Below, one piece after another: positions 47,006 through 56,632 of a stretch of 64,000 nucleotides of DNA (position 1 is the stretch's first letter; the number at the start of each line of letters is the position of its first letter). The notes beneath the pieces are model-generated. The model ran no database searches, was not told the DNA's origin, and saw only the letters and a program-made list of their open reading frames with translations. The translations under genes and the position numbers were made by a program. The DNA comes from a virus (lineage: Duplodnaviria > Caudoviricetes). The stretch lies in IMG/VR virus record IMGVR_UViG_3300010011_000004, positions 21,788 through 85,787 of that record. The stretch is one strand, 5' to 3'.

Positions 47006-47596
47006 TTGAAGTACAGAGCGTTCATAAATTTTACACATAACGGCGTAAAAATTAAAGGTGGAGAAGTATTTGATAGCGTCGAAGTAGGATTTACAACTGA
47101 AGATATTAATTTTCTTAAAGAACAAGGAAAAATAGAAACTGTTTCAATATTCGAAAAAAATAATCAGCCGGTGGTAGATAATTTAAGATATATATACACC
47201 AATGATATATCGACAGATTCTGGTTTTACAGTAGAAGAAAATAAAGTACCATTTGTCAGAGAAAGTATTCCAAATGTTTACACTCCTATTCCAGAAATCA
47301 ACTATCCACCTGAAGAGCCAGATGAGCCATTAGTTCAAGAAATAATTGATACAAGACCTGATTATATAGTAGAAATAAAAGAAGAACCTGAAGTTTTGCC
47401 TTGGGAAAAACCAGAAGAATCAGAGAATAAAAGCAGCTTTAAAGAGTCTGATTTAGCCAAAATGAATAAAACTGAATTAATTAAAATAGCTGAAAAGTTA
47501 AATATTAAGACAGAAGGAAAGACTAAAAAAGAATTAATATCTGATATTAGTCAACTACCCACCGTTTATAGAAGCGGAGGCTTGGAAAAGCCTTAG
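47006..47596 (+). CDS. Protein with a C-terminal Rho-N/HeH-like helical motif; native C-terminus displaced by the IscB element
   Basis: LAKMNKTELIKIAEKLNI..KTKKELI; the last 15 codons derive from the element. Confidence 0.65.
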   Translation: MKYRAFINFTHNGVKIKGGEVFDSVEVGFTTEDINFLKEQGKIETVSIFEKNNQPVVDNLRYIYTNDISTDSGFTVEENKVPFVRESIPNVYTPIPEINYPPEEPDEPLVQEIIDTRPDYIVEIKEEPEVLPWEKPEESENKSSFKESDLAKMNKTELIKIAEKLNIKTEGKTKKELISDISQLPTVYRSGGLEKP

Positions 47597-47790
47597 TTGA
47601 CTACCCTAAGTCTTAACTGACTACGTTGGAATAATTATCTTACCCTGAAATGGTGCCCAAGTTTCAGGCTCTAAGGTGGCTCTGTAAAAGTTCTGATGGG
47701 TAGGAACGGTCAACCACAATTGGCAGTTATACTGCAAAGTTATTCCAACATTGGGGATGGGCAAATAACTCCGAAAGGAGGGCTTATAGC
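47550..47790 (+). ncRNA. IscB omegaRNA (HEARO-like) scaffold
   Basis: gtcaactaccc...gttgactacc-ctaagt...gactacgtt...cccaagtttcagg-ctct...aacattggggatggg...aact layout upstream of a PLMP ORF. Confidence 0.8.
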
Positions 47791-47794
47791 CAAA

Positions 47795-48127
47795 ATGTTA
47801 GTATATGTTATTTCAGTTGAAGGAAAACCCCTAATGCCTTGCAAGCCTGCTAAGGCAAGAAAATTGCTGAAAAACAAGAAGGCTAAAATAGTAAAGTACG
47901 AACCTTTCACTATTCAATTATTATTTGAGTGTGAAAATCAAATACAAGAATGTGTATTAGGCATTGACGCAGGAAGTAAACATATAGGAATGGCAGTAAC
48001 AACAGAACAAGGTAATTATTTACAAACAACATCTAAATATAAGCAAATTAGCACAGAAAAAATTCGATTGGCGTGTAGAAACAACAATTGGATAACCGAT
48101 TCATCCTCCACTTTCGCTTACGCTTAG
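47795..48127 (+). pseudogene. iscB: Truncated IscB (PLMP + RuvC-I + C-terminal remnant, 110 aa)
   Basis: GKPLMPCKPAKARKLL...PFTIQL...LGIDAGSKHIG; bridge helix, HNH and RuvC-II/III are missing. Confidence 0.85.
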
Positions 48128-48179
48128 AAGTGGAGGACTTCTCGGTAATTTAGTTAAATTAAATGCATAAGAAGAGAGC

Positions 48180-48953
48180 TTGATAATAATGGGAGTTTTA
48201 TTTAACTCAGGTGATTTCAGATTAGAATTGCAACCAGATGATTTTAATGAACTAAAGCAAAGAGTATATAGTCAATTTGGTTGGCCCGTTGTTTCAGTTG
48301 AGCTCGGCGACGACAGCTTTAAATATATCATTAAAAGAGCAATGATATATTTAAATACTTATTCTCCGAGAGAAGTATTAGTGTCTAAAACTGTTCGTCC
48401 ATATGTAAATCAGTATGAGATATTTGAGTATCCTAAAATTAACGGTGTACTAGATGTTTATGTTTCGGTCGAATATCTGGTAGGTATGGGCCTTCCTATT
48501 CAGTCTCTGTTAGGTATACCAATGTCTTTAGCAGCTAGTAGAAATACACAGCATTTAATCAATTTTATATCAATGTTTCAGGCATACGATATCGCTAAAA
48601 GAATGTTTGGGACATCTCCTAGAGCTGAATTGGTACCGCCTAATATCATCGATATTAATCCAGCTCCGTATATGGAGACTATTTTCAAATTTGCTTTGGC
48701 GGTTGATCATTTGCCAGATCTTTCCACTCTAAATGACTATGAAGTTAATTGGCTTGAAAGATTTTGTCAAGCTAATGTCGGTAAAGTTCTGGGTCAGATA
48801 AGACGAAAGTACAGCGGCGTAACTTTACCTGTTGGATCGCTGGAACCTAGCGGTACAGCGCTGTATACTGAATCGTTAGAAATGGAAAAAGCTTTAATTG
48901 ATGAGCTTAAATCTAGGCATAAATTTCCTCAAACATTTATCACAGTTGGGTAA
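48180..48953 (+). CDS. Neck/head-completion protein (gp13-like)
   Basis: LKQRVYSQFGWPVVSVEL...LGQIRRKYSGVTLP..G..LY; position in the structural operon. Confidence 0.75.
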   Translation: MIIMGVLFNSGDFRLELQPDDFNELKQRVYSQFGWPVVSVELGDDSFKYIIKRAMIYLNTYSPREVLVSKTVRPYVNQYEIFEYPKINGVLDVYVSVEYLVGMGLPIQSLLGIPMSLAASRNTQHLINFISMFQAYDIAKRMFGTSPRAELVPPNIIDINPAPYMETIFKFALAVDHLPDLSTLNDYEVNWLERFCQANVGKVLGQIRRKYSGVTLPVGSLEPSGTALYTESLEMEKALIDELKSRHKFPQTFITVG

Positions 48954-48959
48954 TAAAGA

Positions 48960-49472
48960 ATGAGGTACAGCATATTTTACGATCTTTTTGATGCTGAAGA
49001 ATATCAAAATTTTATTAAGAGCGTAGTTAAATTATTCAGGCTGAGCCCAGAATATAATATGTGGTTACAGCAATGTAACAGATCTACTTGCGCTGCTACT
49101 GGGATAAACAAATTTGAATCTGGAGCAGATATCGATGTCCATCATTACGGCAGAACGCTATGGGATTGGGTTGAGCATATAGTAGAGAAGCTGGACGAGA
49201 ATAACGTTCCTTTTAATACCTTTTTTGTACTGATGATATTAGCTGAGATACATTTCCAAAATTGTGTTTCATATGTACCGTTGCTGCATTGTGTTCACAA
49301 GATGCTTCACAACGACTATCAGAGCACCGTGGATATATATCCAAATATAGAAAATAACATATTTGAGGGAGATTGGAGGAAGGCAGATGCGATAATTGAT
49401 CATTTCATTAATTTATATAAGAATTGTTATAATTCAGAAGAGGAGGAATTAACAGATGGTGCAGAAAAGTAA
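48960..49472 (+). CDS. Hypothetical protein with an HNH-like His/Cys pattern
   Basis: CAATG...DVHH...VPLLHCVHKMLH. Confidence 0.45.
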   Translation: MRYSIFYDLFDAEEYQNFIKSVVKLFRLSPEYNMWLQQCNRSTCAATGINKFESGADIDVHHYGRTLWDWVEHIVEKLDENNVPFNTFFVLMILAEIHFQNCVSYVPLLHCVHKMLHNDYQSTVDIYPNIENNIFEGDWRKADAIIDHFINLYKNCYNSEEEELTDGAEK

Positions 49473-49719
49473 TCGTATAGTTAAAATGGTATTTACCCTT
49501 AGGAGTGGAAAGTCTATTGTAGTATCGATGAATGAAGATCAGGCGTTTTCGATTTATGATCAGTGGGTTAATTTTATACCTAATTCCGAAACAGATATAT
49601 CTAAGATTAAAATAGAAAAGAAGAAGAATAATAATATCGTCGAATCGGTTGCTATTCTATTATCAGAAATTTCAGCTATTCAGATAGGTGAAAGTAATTT
49701 TGATAAAAAACCTGAATAG
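49456..49719 (+). CDS. Hypothetical protein, 87 aa
   Basis: Overlapping operon gene. Confidence 0.55.
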   Translation: MVQKSNRIVKMVFTLRSGKSIVVSMNEDQAFSIYDQWVNFIPNSETDISKIKIEKKKNNNIVESVAILLSEISAIQIGESNFDKKPE

Positions 49720-49737
49720 AAAAGGTAGAGATTTAAG

Positions 49738-50355
49738 TTGTCTACTATAAGATTTTACGATGAGGCAGTTATCGCTTATTTCAAAGATAAAATAAAAATT
49801 GATACTGGAGAAGGTATAAATTCTCCGCAGGTTACTTTTGCTCTGCCATCAAGGCAGAGCTTTAAACTTGAAATTTCCTCAAGCGGAACACCTATTCTTC
49901 CTTTAATAGCAATCATACGTACTGGGTTATCTCCTAATGCTGAAACAAAAATTGTGAAGAAGAATATTCACAGACCGATGCTGTTTGATATTAACCAGAA
50001 CAAAAAAGTATATGAAGGCGCAGAATTAATGCCATATAACATAAACTATCAAGTAGATTATTTTTCTCTTACTCAAGAAACGCATAATCAATTAACTGAG
50101 AGTATACTGTTCAATTTATACAAGCATCATTATATAAGAACATTTATCGACGTAGCTAATCATAATTTAGTCGTCAATGGTTATATTTATGATATAGCTT
50201 CAACCGACTCAACACCATATATGGAGATTCCTGATACTAGTACCAGAATATTCCATGGTACCACAACTTTTAGTTTGTACACAATGCTTATCGATCCGAA
50301 TTACTACACAAGAAGCGTTATAAATGTTGAAGAGGAAATAAATGCGGATATATAA
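49738..50355 (+). CDS. Tail terminator/completion protein (gp15-like)
   Basis: LPLIAI, PYNINYQVDY; directly upstream of the sheath gene. Confidence 0.6.
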   Translation: MSTIRFYDEAVIAYFKDKIKIDTGEGINSPQVTFALPSRQSFKLEISSSGTPILPLIAIIRTGLSPNAETKIVKKNIHRPMLFDINQNKKVYEGAELMPYNINYQVDYFSLTQETHNQLTESILFNLYKHHYIRTFIDVANHNLVVNGYIYDIASTDSTPYMEIPDTSTRIFHGTTTFSLYTMLIDPNYYTRSVINVEEEINADI

Positions 50356-50455
50356 TTTAATACTCAATTTTCTGTAAAATGATTAAAACTAAAATTAAAT
50401 AAGATAAAACTTTATAAACCAAGTAAAAAATATAAAAAAGAGGTGTATATATACG

Positions 50456-53098
50456 ATGCCTATACATGCAAGTCCAGGTGTATATTTTGAAACTATAGAT
50501 TTTTCTCTATATGCTTCAAATTTATCAAAGTCTATATTAGCATTAGTAGGAAAAACAAGGAAAGGTCCAACTGAGCCGACATTTGTATTGTCAGTCAGAC
50601 AATTCGTCGATTTATTTGGAACTCCGAGAGTCGGAGAATTCAGCAGTTTAGCAGCTGTCAGTTTCTTGGAATTTGGCAGCGCATTATGGTTTTCTAGAAT
50701 ATTAGGACCAGCGGCTAGAAAAGCTACAGTCGATATTCCTAAAGCTGTAGAAATTACCGACGAATTGCTGACAGTTGTTGAAGATAAGAATGAATATATA
50801 TTTAAAGCTACGCTGAATCATGCCCCTGTTCCTGGAACAGTTGAAATAAAACTTATAGATCCAGATAATCCTGATAACTATGCGGTTATCAGAGATAATG
50901 GTAATGGATCTTTTCCGGCAACAATTAACCAAAATATATCTTCATACCCGAATTTTATAGATTATGATACAGGAGAATATAGATTTACTTTAACAGCTGC
51001 GAATACCGGAGCTGAAGTTGCTTTAAAATACAATACTCAAATAAAATCCGTGTCGAATGAAGTTACTTTAACTGTAGATCAAGTTGATGCAGATGCGAAA
51101 TATTCAGGTATGCTGGCACATTCAAATTTAGTTAATTTAGACAATTTCAAATTGAAGATAGCTAGTCAAGATCATGTTTATACTTTTACAGCAGTTACTC
51201 CGCCGACAGATAATGTTTATGAGTTAATTGGAAAAGATGAGTTGGGAGATACTGTAGGATCAGGTAGTCTTAACATTATAACTGGACAATGGGAAGTTGA
51301 ATTTTCTGATACTAATATTGAAGTTGGAGATAAATTTATAGCTTCATATGATTATTGCATATATAAAATAAAAGTGCTCGGAACTGTAGGACAAACATCT
51401 GAGTTCGGTTACACTATAGATAAGTCATTCATCGGATCTTTAAATACCGTAGTTTATCCAAATACAGTATCGATATTAGTAAACGACGTGGTTGTTTCTA
51501 CTGATAATGGTGAAGGAAAATTTGTCCAAGGTGTAGTAACATCAGACAATAAAATTGATTATGAAACCGGTGCTATTGATATTGCTTTAATTCAACCACC
51601 TAAAAAAGGAACTAAATTAATTGCTAATTATCTGGCTAAACACTTAGATGTATTAAAAACAGTGGAAGCCGGTGGAGAATCTTCTGGAAGTCTTTCATCT
51701 AAATTGTCGATATATCCTGTAATTAAAAACAGCATAATTGTAAAAATAGGACCGAATTTGATATTGACTGATGACGGAGAAGGTAATTTAATTGGAAAAA
51801 ATGGAAATGGTACGATAGATTACGCTACAGGAAATATTTCGATCAACTATGTAGCTAATCTAGTTGAAGGAGATACTATAACAGCTGAATATCTATCTAA
51901 GATGGGTACTGCAAGTTCACCGTATAAAGGTGAATATTACAACGGTACAAAGATCAGATTTATCAGAGATGATTTTGGTAATTATGAAATAGATGTTTGG
52001 TCACCTGAAGCTAATGTAAATCAGCTTCCTACTGAGAGGGTCAAAAATATCGAATTTAGCGATCCTTCTAGTAAAAACTTTATAAGTAATAAATTCGCGT
52101 CTAATTATGTAGAAATACAGCTAGATAATATTGAAGTTGGTGATATTCCGGTATTAAATACAATACTTGAACTGAATGGAGGATATGATGATTTTGAAAA
52201 TATAACCGAGCATTCTGCTATTAGTAGTTTATCTGAATTTGCTAATGCCGAAAAATATGACATCAACCTGATAGCATGTCCTGATTTCGCCGGAAATAGA
52301 GCAGTTATCAATAAATTAATTAATTTGTGTGAAAATGAAAGAGGAGACTGCTTTGCTATAATAGATCCTCCTCAAGGTTTAACACCGCAGGATGTAGTTA
52401 ACTGGCACAATGGTGCTGGTAAATGGCTGAATGAGAATGCACTCAACTCAAGCTTTGCGGCTCTATATTATCCTTGGATCCAGATATCCGATGAATTTAC
52501 AGAATCATTGCAATGGGTACCGCCTAGTGTTAGAATAGTAGCTGTCTATGCTTACAATGACAGAATAGCTGAAGTTTGGAATGCCCCTGCTGGATTAAAT
52601 CGTGGCAGATTATTTAGAGTACAAAAGGTCGAAAGACAGTTAAATGTTTCTGATAGAGATCTACTCTATGCTACTGGAACAAATGCAATTAATCCTATAT
52701 GTGATTTTGTCGGCGATGGAATCGTAGTATATGGACAAAAAACATTGCAGCGTAAACCTTCAGCTTTAGACCGAGTCAATGTAATGAGATTGATAATTTA
52801 CATAACGAAGATATTAGCAACAGCGACTAAATACTTGTTGTTCGAACCTAATGATAGACTTACATGGACATTATATACGCAGTTGGTTAATCCTCTATTA
52901 TCAGATATTAAACAGAGAAGAGGTTTGTATGAATTTAAAGTTGTCTGTGATGAGACGACTAATACTCCTTATAATATAGATAATAATACAATGATAGCTG
53001 AAGTTTGGCTTAAGCCGACCAAAGTTGCTGAAAGATTAATCAACAGATTTGTAATTACTTCTTCTGGAGCGACCTTTTCTGAATTAGAAGTGCAATAA
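50456..53098 (+). CDS. Contractile tail sheath protein with a large repeated insertion
   Basis: SPGVY, GKTRKGP, AALYYPW, VPPS, WNAPAG..RG, INPI, YGQKTL, RVNVMRL. Confidence 0.95.
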   Translation: MPIHASPGVYFETIDFSLYASNLSKSILALVGKTRKGPTEPTFVLSVRQFVDLFGTPRVGEFSSLAAVSFLEFGSALWFSRILGPAARKATVDIPKAVEITDELLTVVEDKNEYIFKATLNHAPVPGTVEIKLIDPDNPDNYAVIRDNGNGSFPATINQNISSYPNFIDYDTGEYRFTLTAANTGAEVALKYNTQIKSVSNEVTLTVDQVDADAKYSGMLAHSNLVNLDNFKLKIASQDHVYTFTAVTPPTDNVYELIGKDELGDTVGSGSLNIITGQWEVEFSDTNIEVGDKFIASYDYCIYKIKVLGTVGQTSEFGYTIDKSFIGSLNTVVYPNTVSILVNDVVVSTDNGEGKFVQGVVTSDNKIDYETGAIDIALIQPPKKGTKLIANYLAKHLDVLKTVEAGGESSGSLSSKLSIYPVIKNSIIVKIGPNLILTDDGEGNLIGKNGNGTIDYATGNISINYVANLVEGDTITAEYLSKMGTASSPYKGEYYNGTKIRFIRDDFGNYEIDVWSPEANVNQLPTERVKNIEFSDPSSKNFISNKFASNYVEIQLDNIEVGDIPVLNTILELNGGYDDFENITEHSAISSLSEFANAEKYDINLIACPDFAGNRAVINKLINLCENERGDCFAIIDPPQGLTPQDVVNWHNGAGKWLNENALNSSFAALYYPWIQISDEFTESLQWVPPSVRIVAVYAYNDRIAEVWNAPAGLNRGRLFRVQKVERQLNVSDRDLLYATGTNAINPICDFVGDGIVVYGQKTLQRKPSALDRVNVMRLIIYITKILATATKYLLFEPNDRLTWTLYTQLVNPLLSDIKQRRGLYEFKVVCDETTNTPYNIDNNTMIAEVWLKPTKVAERLINRFVITSSGATFSELEVQ

Positions 53099-53111
53099 AA
53101 ATAATAAACTT

Positions 53112-53146
53112 AATATAGAGGTGGAGATAACCTTCACCTCTATATT
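53112..53146 (+). terminator. Stem-loop between sheath and tube genes
   Basis: aatatagaggtggag-ataac-cttcacctctatatt. Confidence 0.55.
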
Positions 53147-53178
53147 AAAAACTTTGAATTTTAGAGGTGAAGTAATTA

Positions 53179-53706
53179 ATGCGTAACCGTAATGTATATC
53201 ATCCAATTGATATAAGAAGCGATTTTGTTCGCAAAAATGCATTTGAATTGATCATTGCCGGTCAAGATCCACTACACATCTTGTGCAGGACTCTGACTCC
53301 GATATTTCCTACATCTAATAACGTTCCAGTGCCATGGGTTAGCGGTGTAATGCAATTAGCAGGTAGAGTAAATCAGCAATATACTATTACTGCGACTTTT
53401 CTCGTCGGCATAGATAATAGTTATGATACGCTCAGAGATTTGTATCGCTGGAGAAATTTAGCATTTAATCATAATACTGGTCGTATAGGTTTGGCTCATG
53501 AATATAAGAAAGAAGCTACGATCAATGTATATGATATAACGGCAGATATAGACGAAACAGGAGCTTCTCTGCAATACGTGTATAAAGCCGACGGTGTTTG
53601 GCCGACCAATATTGAAAACATAACGTTTTCTGTTGAAGATGATACTCCGTTAGAAATAAGTGCTATATTCGCTGCAGATAAAATATGGATCGATAATTTT
53701 GATTAA
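53179..53706 (+). CDS. Tail tube protein (gp19-like)
   Basis: RKNAFELII, QLAGR, YKKEATI, GVWP; follows the sheath gene. Confidence 0.85.
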   Translation: MRNRNVYHPIDIRSDFVRKNAFELIIAGQDPLHILCRTLTPIFPTSNNVPVPWVSGVMQLAGRVNQQYTITATFLVGIDNSYDTLRDLYRWRNLAFNHNTGRIGLAHEYKKEATINVYDITADIDETGASLQYVYKADGVWPTNIENITFSVEDDTPLEISAIFAADKIWIDNFD

Positions 53707-53726
53707 TATACCATAGAGGTGTTACT

Positions 53727-53903
53727 ATGGCGGAAAAAGATATTAATTGGGGAAATGATATGTTTACCAAAATGGTTAAGGAATACGGCAAAAAAATTAA
53801 CCTTATATCTGAACGCGTAGAAAAAGAACTAACAGATATGCTGAACAATTGCGAAGAAATTGATTTATTTAAAAAAGATCTAGATAAAAAAAAAGTAAAA
53901 TAG
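53727..53903 (+). CDS. 58-aa ORF ending in an A9 slippery run (possible N-part of a frameshift fusion)
   Basis: RBS gaggtg, MAEKDINWGN...DKKKVK*; below the ORF-track cut-off. Confidence 0.65.
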   Translation: MAEKDINWGNDMFTKMVKEYGKKINLISERVEKELTDMLNNCEEIDLFKKDLDKKKVK

Positions 53904-53935
53904 AAAAACCTGTAGTTTCAAAATATATTACACCC

Positions 53936-55042
53936 ATGTCCGAGAATATGGGTGTAATATATATGTCTGATGCTGAATTTTCCAAATTAGATGATAAACT
54001 ATCTTTGATTGAAGCTGAATTAGATATAAATGATACGTTTGGAGATATAGGTTTAAATCAATATCAACGTGAAGTCATTAAAAATGTGGCTGAGCCTTAT
54101 ATTAACAAAATACTAAGACAAACTGGTAAAAATTTTGTTAATATTGCTATACAATTTTTGACTAAAGGGCCTGGATTAACTAATTTTAATATATTTCAGG
54201 GCGTTTTGGATATAATAAAAAAAGCGCTCAGTGCTAGATTTATCGACAGAATAGGTGAAATATACAAAAAAGATTTTAGATTCAAAAAAGCATATTCTTC
54301 TATCATGAATCAATGGAAGAATAGAAATGCCAATATAGATGAAGATCTGATATATATCGCTGAAAATTACGACAATGCTACTAATGATGAAAAATTGTTG
54401 CTTCGTAATACATTAAATATGGTAGCCATACTTCTCTCTGGTAAATATGCATGGTTGATCGTCGATGAGCTAGAGAGATTTTATGGTAATAGCAAAGTTC
54501 CGGCTCTTTTGAGAAAGTTGGCTGATGATTTAAATCAAAAGATCGATCCTTCCAAAGATGTAACAAGACAAGCATCAAATATATTACTTAAATTTAACAA
54601 AGACTATAAAATATTAGAATCAGGTTTAAGACCGATTTCCAATCTATATTTTATGATATCTAGCGCCATTAGTTTAAGTTCTTTGGGTGTAGAAATTCCA
54701 GAAGAAGAAAAAGATGTCGTCAAAATAGGTAAATATATGATAAATAGAACTGAATTTTTAGATAATTTTGAAACAAATAATAATTTCATCAACGAAAATA
54801 TTATTAAGAAGAAATCATTAAAAGATATGGATGAAACTGATAAACAAATCAGATCGGCGTTTTTAGATTTAGTTGATACGGTTGAAACTGACTTTGATGA
54901 TAAAGATAAATTGAGAAAAAAATTGCTTAAATTGGAAAATTCTATATATCAAAAAATAAGAGATATACCGACAGGTCAGTATAATTTAGATGTAGCCAGA
55001 AATTCCAATAAGTTATTGACTATATTTAAGGGAATATCTTAG
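53936..55042 (+). CDS. Hypothetical protein, 368 aa, lacking an RBS; probable -1 frameshift extension of 53727
   Basis: The frame is open back to 53888, inside the A9 run. Confidence 0.65.
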   Translation: MSENMGVIYMSDAEFSKLDDKLSLIEAELDINDTFGDIGLNQYQREVIKNVAEPYINKILRQTGKNFVNIAIQFLTKGPGLTNFNIFQGVLDIIKKALSARFIDRIGEIYKKDFRFKKAYSSIMNQWKNRNANIDEDLIYIAENYDNATNDEKLLLRNTLNMVAILLSGKYAWLIVDELERFYGNSKVPALLRKLADDLNQKIDPSKDVTRQASNILLKFNKDYKILESGLRPISNLYFMISSAISLSSLGVEIPEEEKDVVKIGKYMINRTEFLDNFETNNNFINENIIKKKSLKDMDETDKQIRSAFLDLVDTVETDFDDKDKLRKKLLKLENSIYQKIRDIPTGQYNLDVARNSNKLLTIFKGIS

Positions 55043-55057
55043 ATAAGGAGTTAACAG

Positions 55058-55627
55058 ATGTTAAACGTTAATAATTATATATATACAGAGATAGGAATTT
55101 TATCGATAAATGATTTAATTCATATGCAGGAAAATAGCGAAGACCTGCCTAAAGTATTAACATTTAACACTGATAAGACTTCTAATAATTATTTAAAATA
55201 TTATTTTACTTCTGTAGATAGTATAGAAGAAAGCATTAATCAAAATATGTATGAAGTGCGATTTGCCGATGTGTTTTCTAGCAGAAATGTTATAGTGAAT
55301 GCTACAATAGATACTGAAATTCTACAATATAATATAGTACAAACAGATGATCATCCGATAATGAATAAGAATTATCAGGTTATACGATATCTAAAAGCAA
55401 ATATACATCACCCAAAGATCAATATAAACTGGGTGGCGCTTTCGGCTCTGCTTAATTACGCAAATAAGTCACCTAACATATGTGTTGGAGATACGGTTAT
55501 CAAATTTTCTAATAAAATTTTTAGGGGAATTGAAAACGCTTATTACTTGAAAAAATATGATGATGTATTACCTGTATTTGCAGCCTTGACTAAATCAACG
55601 CACTTTAATTTTGTTTTAGTTAAATAA
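55058..55627 (+). CDS. Free-standing degenerate Hint-like protein 2
   Basis: NNYIYTEIGILSINDL, KVLTFN, MYEVRF, NATIDTEIL, NWVALSAL, GIENAYYLK, FNFVLVK* parallel intein blocks; catalytic residues absent. Confidence 0.5.
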   Translation: MLNVNNYIYTEIGILSINDLIHMQENSEDLPKVLTFNTDKTSNNYLKYYFTSVDSIEESINQNMYEVRFADVFSSRNVIVNATIDTEILQYNIVQTDDHPIMNKNYQVIRYLKANIHHPKININWVALSALLNYANKSPNICVGDTVIKFSNKIFRGIENAYYLKKYDDVLPVFAALTKSTHFNFVLVK

Positions 55628-55640
55628 TTAAGACGCCAAT

Positions 55641-55679
55641 GTCAACTACCCACCGCCTATAGAGGTGAGTGTCTTCTTG
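55641..55679. mobile_element. 39-bp mini-element: fused IS200/IS605 ends
   Basis: The first 15 nt (gtcaactacccaccg) are identical to the IscB end at 47550; the other end reads caagaag on the minus strand, like the left ends; single hairpin. Confidence 0.65.
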
Positions 55680-55693
55680 CATAGTTTTAAGAT

Positions 55694-55732
55694 AAAAAAA
55701 GAAGGGAGAGAATAATCTCTCCCTCATTTTTA
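55694..55732. terminator. Bidirectional terminator between convergent operons
   Basis: agggagag-aataat-ctctccct flanked by A and T runs. Confidence 0.7.
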
Positions 55733-55738
55733 TGCATT

Positions 55739-56632
55739 TTATTTTTTTCGATTTTTAAGGAAATTCCTAATATCTTCTACATCCTCATCATCATCGTCTG
55801 TTTCAATTACTTCATCTTCTACATCAAAGTCTTCTTCATTTGGATCGAATTTTTCTTTAGGAAGTATAGCGTCACCAAATTCATCTTCATCTGATTCCTC
55901 TTTTTTAGATTTTTTAGCAAATGTCGGTTCAAATATACTAACTGCTAATTCAAATGTTGATCGAATTGATTTCAGTACAGTGTCATTAAATGGCGGTATA
56001 ACTTCAGCTTCTAAATTTGGAATTTCATGGAAGTTTTTCGAGTTTTTCATAATATCTTTTAAAATCACAGAAGGTTTCTCTGCTTTCCATACTTCGGCAT
56101 AACCAGAATTTCCTTTCTTAAAATAGAGATCAAATCCTTCGCTGTCAACATCGAATTCATCTTCTTCGTTTTCTAGACACGTCTGTAGAGCGGCAAGTAT
56201 ATCTGTGATTCCGTAGTCATTAACTTCATATTTTTGTACTTCGTCGGCATCGTAATTATATACTAATAACATATGCGAATTACGTGCTTTTAATTTGTAA
56301 ACGGTGTCAGGATTTAATTCTGCTTTGTTTTCTTCAATGAAGTCGCAGAACGGGCATTCTTTACCGATAATTTCACCATCGGCACCTCGGCTGTAGAAGC
56401 AAAAAGCATTCTTCCAAGTTGCTCCTACTTTAAAACTATGTTTTTGGAATTGCAAGAAAAACAGATCGTTTTTTCTTGGTAATACACGAACGAAGAAATT
56501 GCTATTTGTTTTAACATATTTGTTTGGATTAAAATAGTTGAGATATTTCCTTTCTTTAGTATCAGTGCTTTGTTCTGACACCTGAAGCAATTTCTTTTTT
56601 TCCATTAATATTTTTTTGTAGTTATTCATCAT
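55739..56632 (-). CDS. Single-stranded DNA-binding protein (gp32-like)
   Basis: FFVRVLP, C...CPFC, acidic C-terminal tail. Confidence 0.75.
   Translation of the reverse strand: MMNNYKKILMEKKKLLQVSEQSTDTKERKYLNYFNPNKYVKTNSNFFVRVLPRKNDLFFLQFQKHSFKVGATWKNAFCFYSRGADGEIIGKECPFCDFIEENKAELNPDTVYKLKARNSHMLLVYNYDADEVQKYEVNDYGITDILAALQTCLENEEDEFDVDSEGFDLYFKKGNSGYAEVWKAEKPSVILKDIMKNSKNFHEIPNLEAEVIPPFNDTVLKSIRSTFELAVSIFEPTFAKKSKKEESDEDEFGDAILPKEKFDPNEEDFDVEDEVIETDDDDEDVEDIRNFLKNRKK

Larger units (their letters stand above)
47550..48144 (+). mobile_element. Internally deleted IscB (IS200/IS605 OMEGA) element, 595 bp
   Basis: Starts GTCAACTACCC; the far end has hairpin tcctccact-ttcgcttacgcttaga-agtggagga next to GTAA (TTAC on the minus strand); excision restores the host frame. 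Confidence 0.85.

Noticed and set aside
47696-47794. N-terminal extension of the IscB ORF in the ORF track
   Set aside because: It lies within the omegaRNA; the RBS (aaaggagg) and PLMP homology support ATG 47795.
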